A model generated the notes under the pieces. The model ran no database searches and was not told the DNA's origin. It saw nothing but the letters and a program-made list of their open reading frames with translations. DNA of 64,000 nt. It comes from a virus. The stretch is taken from positions 1 through 64,000 of IMG/VR virus record IMGVR_UViG_3300010885_049703; one strand, written 5' to 3'. Below, piece after piece: positions 57,981-64,000 of the stretch (position 1 is the first letter of the stretch; each line of letters starts with the position of its first letter). Both the position numbers and the translations under genes were made by a program.

Positions 57981-58698
57981 GTGCGGCGGTTGCTTTCTTT
58001 GGACGACCACGTGTCTTGGCTGCCGCAGTTGACACGGGTGCGGTTGATTCACGAACAACAGCCTTGGGATTTGCTTTTGGGTTCATACGTGCAGCTTCTT
58101 TTTTCATGCGAGCTGCTTCAGCAATCAATCCTTTGGCTTCAATTTCCATGCGCTTGGCCTGTACCAACATATTGTCGGCAATGTCATTGTCATTAAGATA
58201 TGAACTGGTACTGGCTTGAGAACTAGGCGGAGGTGGTGCTCCTAACTCTCGACCAGCTTTGTATTCTGCTTCGGCTGCACGTTTAGTCGGAGCATCTACC
58301 ATTCCGCGATTGGCATCTACCTCGGCTAGTTTTCTACTAGCACCTTCGCCAAGCTTCATTTCGGCTAAAATCTTGTTGAGTTCGTCAAGTCTGATTGTAT
58401 TGCCAGTGCTGGGAGTCATAATCACTTGCCCAGTATTGACTTTTTTCATCATGCTTTCACGATGCAACGTCTCAAGAATGTTTCTACCATCGGGCAAAAG
58501 ATTACGATGTAATGCATCAGCAAATTCTTCGGCTTGTTGACCTACATCACTTTCCAATACTTTCATGATAGAATCATGCCAGTGTGCTGGCAATGTGTCG
58601 GGATAAATGACCAAACACATATGATCCATTCCCGGAATGGTTCTAAATATCACAGCGACCTTGCGATCGTTGTGTTTTCCAATATGCTTTAAAAACAT
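57967..58698 (-). CDS. hypothetical protein with basic C-terminal tail
   Basis: 243 aa with AGGAG SD. Coiled-coil-like segment and RGRPKK (AT-hook-like) near the C-terminus. Confidence 0.7.
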   Translation of the reverse strand: MFLKHIGKHNDRKVAVIFRTIPGMDHMCLVIYPDTLPAHWHDSIMKVLESDVGQQAEEFADALHRNLLPDGRNILETLHRESMMKKVNTGQVIMTPSTGNTIRLDELNKILAEMKLGEGASRKLAEVDANRGMVDAPTKRAAEAEYKAGRELGAPPPPSSQASTSSYLNDNDIADNMLVQAKRMEIEAKGLIAEAARMKKEAARMNPKANPKAVVRESTAPVSTAAAKTRGRPKKATAAHEAQ

Positions 58699-58699
58699 A

Positions 58700-58942
58700 T
58701 TATTCTCCTTGAAGGGCCGTTTCGGGCTCTGGCGGTAGTTCTGTTTGAGTGCTTTCTTGAACTTGTTGCGCTTGTTCTTCGATTGCTTTCAAAAATACAG
58801 AGAGACGATCAAAAACTTCGCCCACTGATTTCATTTCTTCTGCTCGATAAGCGCCACGGCTGCAAGCAACTTCAATGCAGGTCTTCAAACCTACAAGGTC
58901 CGTTACGGTTAAATTGTTGTTGGGGGTAGTAGTAGTATCCAT
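58700..58942 (-). CDS. hypothetical protein
   Basis: 80 aa, preceded by TAAATA. Confidence 0.65.
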   Translation of the reverse strand: MDTTTTPNNNLTVTDLVGLKTCIEVACSRGAYRAEEMKSVGEVFDRLSVFLKAIEEQAQQVQESTQTELPPEPETALQGE

Positions 58943-58947
58943 GCAAA

Positions 58948-58953
58948 TATTTA
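58948..58953 (-). promoter_or_regulatory. putative late promoter (TAAATA)
   Basis: Minus strand ...TTGAT-TAAATA-TTTGC-ATG, directly after a terminator hairpin. Confidence 0.55.
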
Positions 58954-58959
58954 ATCAAT

Positions 58960-58993
58960 AAAACACCGCAGATTTTATTTTCTGCGGTGTTTT
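58960..58993 (-). terminator. intrinsic terminator after the VWA gene
   Basis: AAAACACCGCAGA-8 nt-TCTGCGGTGTTTT perfect inverted repeat. Confidence 0.75.
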
Positions 58994-59004
58994 GGCAAAA
59001 TTGA

Positions 59005-60285
59005 TCAATGTACTTCGTTTTCTTCGTAATAAGCAAATTGACCCCAGGGTGGGACAATAGTCTTGGTACCGTGTAAAATCCACAGTGTGTCGGCGTAGTT
59101 CTCATCACCCCACGAACCGAATGGATAGCCATCTGTAAACACAATCAAACGTTTGGGTTCAATGTTATTCTCTTTGAGATAACTGAAGATACAGTCAAAG
59201 TCTGTACCACCACCGCCGGATACTTCATAATCTAGCATGGTTTCCATGTTTTCGCTATCATATGTTCTTGAATTGTATACTTCTGTGTCAAACGTAGCAA
59301 TATGAATACGAAACTGTCCAAACTGATTCATGATACCCTGTACCTCGCTGAGAAAATCTTTGAGCATGGATTCGTCAATTGAACCTGAAGCATCTAACAT
59401 CACACAGATATCAATCATCTCATCATTCTTTAATCCGGGCATTACAGCGTCCATGTGCCAGCCCTTGCGACTTGCCCGCATCCAAGTGTAGTCAGATTTA
59501 ATAGTTGATTCCATCTGCATACGCAACAACTCACGCCAGTCCATTTTAGGTTCAGTGAGATTTTGGATAATGCGTTTGACCCCTGCTGGAATGTTGCCGG
59601 CGTCTGATGCCTGTGCTGCGCTCAATACAGCTTCCTTGATTTCGTCGCGAATCTGTTGACGCTCTTCGTCAGTGAGTTTGGGGCGACCCTTGCCATCTTT
59701 GTCGCCTTCGCCTTCGCCTTCGCCTTCGCCTTCACCGTCTAAGTGATCATCAAGCAGTCGATCAATCAGTTGATTGATGTTGATTTTTTCGGCGTTTTCG
59801 TAGAGATGATTGTAGATCTCTTCTGAGCTCATACCATCGTATTTGGTGTCAAACAAACATGGCACTGAAGTAATCTTTTCACCAACACGATGTCGCACAA
59901 GATCGCCATTGACAGCATAGTCATTGGCTACATTCCACAATTGTGCATCTCGGCTCATGCGACGACCAAAGTGATCATACACCACATGCAATACTTCATG
60001 TCCAAACAAGAATTCAAGTTCTTTGGGCTGCAGCATTTTAACAAAACGACTATTGTAATAAAAGTTTCTGCCGTCTGTGGCTGCAGTTGAACACCACTCG
60101 TCGGCATTGACAAGTTTCAATCGTGTTGCAAGATTGCCAAAGAAACTAGACTTCAACAATAGTCCAACACGAGCAGTGATCAATTGCTCTCTCACCTCTC
60201 GATCAATCTTAGGATCCGTGGGACCAATTAAGTCAGCGAATTTCTTTGCTAACTCTTTTGTGTTTTCTGTTGTGCCTTTACTCAT
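59005..60285 (-). CDS. HEXXH metallopeptidase-like domain plus VWA domain protein (MoxR partner type)
   Basis: TAATDG, HEVLH, DASGS (MIDAS), GGGTDF and FTDG motifs. Confidence 0.85.
   Translation of the reverse strand: MSKGTTENTKELAKKFADLIGPTDPKIDREVREQLITARVGLLLKSSFFGNLATRLKLVNADEWCSTAATDGRNFYYNSRFVKMLQPKELEFLFGHEVLHVVYDHFGRRMSRDAQLWNVANDYAVNGDLVRHRVGEKITSVPCLFDTKYDGMSSEEIYNHLYENAEKININQLIDRLLDDHLDGEGEGEGEGEGDKDGKGRPKLTDEERQQIRDEIKEAVLSAAQASDAGNIPAGVKRIIQNLTEPKMDWRELLRMQMESTIKSDYTWMRASRKGWHMDAVMPGLKNDEMIDICVMLDASGSIDESMLKDFLSEVQGIMNQFGQFRIHIATFDTEVYNSRTYDSENMETMLDYEVSGGGGTDFDCIFSYLKENNIEPKRLIVFTDGYPFGSWGDENYADTLWILHGTKTIVPPWGQFAYYEENEVH
59704..59736 (-). repeat. in-frame hexamer microsatellite (GAAGGC)n encoding a GEGEGEGEG linker
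   Basis: Plus strand GCCTTC tandem units within the VWA gene linker. Confidence 0.8.
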
Positions 60286-60308
60286 AGTTTCTCCTTCATT
60301 GTTTTATT

Positions 60309-60337
60309 ATTATAACGCAAGTGAGATTATTGGTCAA
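60309..60337 (-). promoter_or_regulatory. sigma70-type (early) promoter for the VWA gene
   Basis: TTGACC-17 nt-TATAAT, then AAGGAG SD. Confidence 0.8.
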
Positions 60338-60573
60338 ACGGATTCCAAGTGTTTGAGAGCAAAAATCAACGCATCATTGGGGTCTTTGAACCAATATTCT
60401 AGTGTCCAAGCATCAACGTCGGCATTGTCAGGATTGGCATGCGCAAACCCCCAACGAACACCATATCTACCAAATTCCTGATTACACAGAGCATTGATCC
60501 GCATTACTTCAGTTGAAGTATATGGATTGAATTTCCGTTTGACTTTGGTAGTTTTCACAGTAAATAACTCCAT
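60334..60573 (-). CDS. small hypothetical protein (F.D..DA..F.LK family)
   Basis: 79 aa. C-terminus WFKDPNDALIFALKH resembles the other small paralogs. Confidence 0.55.
   Translation of the reverse strand: MELFTVKTTKVKRKFNPYTSTEVMRINALCNQEFGRYGVRWGFAHANPDNADVDAWTLEYWFKDPNDALIFALKHLESV
60561..60566 (+). promoter_or_regulatory. putative late promoter (TAAATA) for the third amidinotransferase
   Basis: TAAATA 5 nt before ATG 60572. Confidence 0.5.
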
Positions 60574-61459
60574 GTATTCAATAACAGATCCCTGGGCAAG
60601 ATTGCAACAAGTAATGGTTGGAACTTGTCATACACATCTTAATTTACCTTGGATCATAGATTCTTCCGCTCGTACTGCATTGGAAAAAATTTTACTTGAA
60701 ACTCAAGAAGATCTTGACAGTCTTGCCAATTGGTTAACTCAACAAGGTTGTACGGTTTCAAGACCAAAGGTAGATTCTACTAAGTTAACCAAGCGACCCA
60801 CAATCTCTCCCAGGGATGACATTTTAGTTGTCGACAATCGATTGTTTGTTGATGTTGACACTATCAATGGCAGCAATATTCATTATTTTGGTGACCGTTT
60901 GTGCGTAAGTCGCGATGTTGATCCGGCTGTGGCTGCACGATTGTTTCCTGATTATAAAATTATTAGATTTTATCAAACCGGGCATGTTGATGGTTGGTTC
61001 ACTATTCCAACACCTGGATTGATTGTCAGCGGGATTGATCATCAACGTCCGGACCTTATGAAAATGTTTTATAAAACATACTTTGCCGATCACGAAGTTG
61101 TCTATGTAAGTGAAACATTGGCCAAAGCAGATTGGGGATTGAATCGCACACATCAAACCTGGACCAGTCACGCAGACTCAGCACTGTCAAATTTCTTAGA
61201 TCAATATCTTTCAAGTTGGACCGGAACTCCCGAAGAAACTATATTTGAAATCAATATGTTGATACTAGATCGCCACAATGTGGCGGTGAACTGTATTGAT
61301 GACACAGTGCTCACAGCCTTGCAACGATACAGCGTCACGGCTCACATAGTTCCTTTTAGACATGCTGCGTTTTGGGACTGCGGGATTCACTGTGCCACAG
61401 CAGATCTACAAAGAAAAAGCGAGAGTCCGGAGACCCTCGCATCAACGCACCGCAATTAA
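60572..61459 (+). CDS. amidinotransferase (pentein superfamily), shorter paralog
   Basis: Start re-set to ATG 60572. W..LQQVMVG, SPRDD, GHVDG and FWDCGIHCAT motifs. Confidence 0.75.
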   Translation: MYSITDPWARLQQVMVGTCHTHLNLPWIIDSSARTALEKILLETQEDLDSLANWLTQQGCTVSRPKVDSTKLTKRPTISPRDDILVVDNRLFVDVDTINGSNIHYFGDRLCVSRDVDPAVAARLFPDYKIIRFYQTGHVDGWFTIPTPGLIVSGIDHQRPDLMKMFYKTYFADHEVVYVSETLAKADWGLNRTHQTWTSHADSALSNFLDQYLSSWTGTPEETIFEINMLILDRHNVAVNCIDDTVLTALQRYSVTAHIVPFRHAAFWDCGIHCATADLQRKSESPETLASTHRN

Positions 61460-62544
61460 CTGGCACTGGCTTGTAGAATGTACTTGCCGTAACGATTGTG
61501 GAACTCGTCAAAGTGAGTAAGTTTAGTGGGTTGGAACGGTAGATTGTACGTAGTCAATGCAATACGTGCGCCCATGACAACCAACTCAGTTTCAAAATTA
61601 TCCATCATGTAGCGGAAGAAGCAATCAGCCATGGCATGGAATTTCTTATCTTCGGCTTTGTTTTCAACTGCATCCTTGAGCTCGTAACACATTGAAATCA
61701 CCAAGGAATACATTGCCGACACTTCTTTGACATCAAGTGTAGTGACCTTGCCACTAAGGATATCTTCGGGCTTGGGCATGCGACCTGCAATTTTGCGGTG
61801 TGCTGCAAATTTAACAGCAAGGCCTTCGCCAATGGTGCCAGAAATCAAATTGGTCAAAGTTTCAACGTCAGTGTCGTCGTCGTGTAACAGTTCGCTAACA
61901 AAGGTCCAAGTACGTGGTGTAGCAAAGGCACGTGAGCTAGACTTGGCATCAAAGTCATACAAGTCTTGTTTGGCAAAACTCAAATAACCCACAACATCTT
62001 TGTGAATCTTGTTGTTGGTGGCCCACTCTTGCCAATTAGAAAAGTCAACTTTGATCTCTTGGTGAATAAAACGATTGGCAAGCGGAGTAGGCATACGGAA
62101 TGTAACACCTTTGTCCGACTCACGGTTACCTGCAGCAACCATAACAACATTGTCTGGCAATACATACTTGCCCACACGACGATTGAGAATCAACTGATAG
62201 GCTGCGGCTTGTACTGCTGGCGCTGCGGAGTTGAGTTCGTCCAGGAACAAAACCACCACAGGATATTGATCTGCTAGTTCTTGACTGGGTAAGTCAATGG
62301 GCGGTGCCCAATCCATCACACCTTTTTCTTTGTTGTAAAACGGAATGCCTCGTATGTCTGTGGGCTCCATCTGCCCCAAACGAAGATCAATCATGAAACC
62401 GTTGAGGTCTTGAGAGATTTCTGCAACTACATCACTCTTGCCAACACCCGGAGGCCCCCAGAGAAAGATGGGACGTTTAACATTGAAGGCTTTGGTGATA
62501 CACTTGCGAACTTGCTTGATTGTTACTGTGCGGGATTCTGACAC
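61456..62544 (-). CDS. MoxR-like AAA+ ATPase
   Basis: Walker A GPPGVGKS, Walker B LFLDE, AAGN and LANRF motifs. Confidence 0.9.
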   Translation of the reverse strand: MSESRTVTIKQVRKCITKAFNVKRPIFLWGPPGVGKSDVVAEISQDLNGFMIDLRLGQMEPTDIRGIPFYNKEKGVMDWAPPIDLPSQELADQYPVVVLFLDELNSAAPAVQAAAYQLILNRRVGKYVLPDNVVMVAAGNRESDKGVTFRMPTPLANRFIHQEIKVDFSNWQEWATNNKIHKDVVGYLSFAKQDLYDFDAKSSSRAFATPRTWTFVSELLHDDDTDVETLTNLISGTIGEGLAVKFAAHRKIAGRMPKPEDILSGKVTTLDVKEVSAMYSLVISMCYELKDAVENKAEDKKFHAMADCFFRYMMDNFETELVVMGARIALTTYNLPFQPTKLTHFDEFHNRYGKYILQASAS

Positions 62545-62575
62545 GAATGTTCTCCTTTTTAACTATTGAACACAT

Positions 62576-62604
62576 ATTATACTAGTTGACGAATTTTGTG
62601 TCAA
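62576..62604 (-). promoter_or_regulatory. consensus sigma70 promoter for the ATPase gene
   Basis: TTGACA-17 nt-TATAAT, then AAGGAG SD. Confidence 0.85.
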
Positions 62605-62610
62605 ACAAAA

Positions 62611-62952
62611 TCACATGCCTTCGGGATAATGCAACTCCCATGCCGCGTCGCCTACAACTGAAATCCAATGTTTCTTAGGCAACTTATCAATTATGTCAAA
62701 CGCAACATTCTCTGCGTAAAAATCGTATTCATGAATCACTTTTTTAGCCAGCAATCTAGCGATGGCTGCATCAAACTTTTCGCGAACTACAGAATCCGCA
62801 ACAGTACGAGCAATTGCATCTTTTTTAACAATACCCACTGCTCTCCATTCTGCAGTAGTAAAGTCGCCTTCGCGTCCACTCCACATTTCGCGGCATACTG
62901 ATTCAAATTTTGGGATACGCACATTTACGGTTACAGTTTTAGCAATACGCAT
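62611..62952 (-). CDS. hypothetical protein
   Basis: 113 aa with TAAGGAG SD and its own promoter. Confidence 0.75.
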   Translation of the reverse strand: MRIAKTVTVNVRIPKFESVCREMWSGREGDFTTAEWRAVGIVKKDAIARTVADSVVREKFDAAIARLLAKKVIHEYDFYAENVAFDIIDKLPKKHWISVVGDAAWELHYPEGM

Positions 62953-62984
62953 TTGATTCGCTCCTTATTAACTACTATACATCT

Positions 62985-63013
62985 ATTATAGCAAATGGAG
63001 TATTATTGGTCAA
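62985..63013 (-). promoter_or_regulatory. sigma70-type (early) promoter
   Basis: TTGACC-17 nt-TATAAT. Shares TTTGACCAATAAT with the promoter at 60309-60337. Confidence 0.8.
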
Positions 63014-63018
63014 ATAGA

Positions 63019-63047
63019 AAAAAGCCCTTGATTTACAAGGGCTTTTT
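63019..63047 (-). terminator. intrinsic terminator
   Basis: AAAAAGCCCTTG-ATTTA-CAAGGGCTTTTT inverted repeat with A/T tails. Confidence 0.8.
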
Positions 63048-63072
63048 GGTTGCTGCTTTGCTAACAATGTTG

Positions 63073-63312
63073 CTAATCTGTTAGTGCCAGGGATTTACTG
63101 CGCTTTCGTAAGAACTCTTGCCCCACATAATAATCCACTAGTTTACGCTGAATCATTGTGACTAAGTCGCCTGAATCATCGTCAACAAAGAATCGCACAG
63201 GACACCTGCCCCAAGTACTATAACGCACGAAGTCTGCGTAATACTTGCGATGATTCTTGTCCGTGGGATCAAACACTACCCAGGGTCTATGCAAAAGTTG
63301 GAGTCTGCTCAT
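63073..63312 (-). CDS. hypothetical protein
   Basis: Start re-set to ATG 63312, just after the ahcY stop. WGRCPVRF motif. Confidence 0.6.
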   Translation of the reverse strand: MSRLQLLHRPWVVFDPTDKNHRKYYADFVRYSTWGRCPVRFFVDDDSGDLVTMIQRKLVDYYVGQEFLRKRSKSLALTD

Positions 63313-63313
63313 A

Positions 63314-64000
63314 TTAATAACGATATGTCTCTGGTTTGAAAGGTCCATTAAGGTCTACACCAATGTAGTCGGCTTGTCGTTGTGTTAGTGTAGTTAGTGT
63401 AGCACCAACGTGAGCTAAATGCAACCTAGCAACCTCCTCATCTATGTGTTTTGGCAACAGATAAATGTCTACTTTGCTGTATTTTGATGAATTGGTCCAC
63501 AGCTCAAGTTGAGCCAACACCTGATTGGTGAAACTAGTTGACATCACGTAACTTGGGTGCCCCGTGGCGCAGCCCAGGTTTACCAGTCGACCTCGGGCCA
63601 ACACAATAATTTTACGACCATCGGGCCATACCACATGGTCTACCAGAGGCTTGATTTCTTCCCAGACCAAGTCTTGTAAGCCGGCAATGTCAATTTCACT
63701 ATCAAAGTGACCAATGTTACACACAATGGCATTACGTTTCATGCGATCCATGTGATGACGAGTGATCACATCAACATTGCCTGTGGCAGTGACAAAGATG
63801 TCGGCTATCTCAGCCGCGTAGTCCATGGTCACAACTTCATACCCGTCCATGGCTGCCTGCAATGCACAGATAGGATCAATCTCAGTAATCCATACCCTGG
63901 CGTTTAATGCACGTAAGGCTTGAGCTGACCCTTTGCCTACATCGCCATAACCAGCAACCACAGCAGTTTTACCTGCGATCATAACATCTGTAGCACGTTT
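63314..64000 (-). CDS. ahcY: S-adenosylhomocysteine hydrolase (5' part beyond window edge)
   Basis: [49 protein letters not shown] and [10 protein letters not shown] motifs. Confidence 0.97.
   Translation of the reverse strand, partial: KRATDVMIAGKTAVVAGYGDVGKGSAQALRALNARVWITEIDPICALQAAMDGYEVVTMDYAAEIADIFVTATGNVDVITRHHMDRMKRNAIVCNIGHFDSEIDIAGLQDLVWEEIKPLVDHVVWPDGRKIIVLARGRLVNLGCATGHPSYVMSTSFTNQVLAQLELWTNSSKYSKVDIYLLPKHIDEEVARLHLAHVGATLTTLTQRQADYIGVDLNGPFKPETYRY

Noticed and set aside
59704-59736. Phase variation at the (GAAGGC)n tract
   Set aside because: The unit is 6 nt, so slippage only changes the Gly-Glu linker length without a frameshift.
121-63907. Numerous 60-170 aa ORFs antisense to or nested in the large genes (e.g. 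121-585 plus strand, 6907-7419, 19425-19913, 28406-28819)
   Set aside because: They are shadow ORFs of well-supported genes with no motifs or translation signals.
1-64000. Alternative genetic code (stop-codon reassignment)
   Set aside because: Long ORFs, including 4745 aa, are open in the standard code. TAA and TGA are used in coupled overlaps, and TAG ends the ORF at 63073.
1-64000. CRISPR arrays, tRNA/rRNA genes, transposases, introns or inteins
   Set aside because: No spaced repeats, cloverleafs or relevant motifs were seen and intergenic space is minimal. A covariance-model search was not possible.

Overview
This window is a 64-kb segment of a large, T4-like (myovirus/jumbo-type) phage genome read in the standard genetic code. 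From left to right: (i) a partial gp55-like late sigma factor (minus strand, missed by the ORF track); (ii) a ~31-kb plus-strand baseplate/tail module with a tube-initiator-like protein, gp53/LysM-like, a hub apparently split over two in-frame ORFs, gp5-like spike, gp25, gp6, a 4745-aa giant structural protein and fibre proteins; (iii) a ~25-kb, tightly coupled biosynthetic locus with about 8 glycosyltransferase-like genes, 5 radical SAM enzymes carrying N-terminal twitch/SPASM-like domains, 2 amidinotransferases (a third lies nearby), an O-carbamoyltransferase with a coupled 33-aa micropeptide, an FkbM methyltransferase, a DegT aminotransferase, a PIG-L deacetylase and 2 NDP-sugar epimerase/dehydratases; (iv) thyX, hypotheticals, a MoxR-like ATPase/VWA pair interrupted by the third amidinotransferase, and a partial ahcY. 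The best candidate for an undescribed system is (iii): a phage-encoded pathway that appears able to build an amidino-, carbamoyl- and methyl-decorated amino-sugar glycan using aminoglycoside-like chemistry. Its target (virion, host surface, DNA or small molecule) is unknown. All calls come from motif recognition by eye; no database searches were run.
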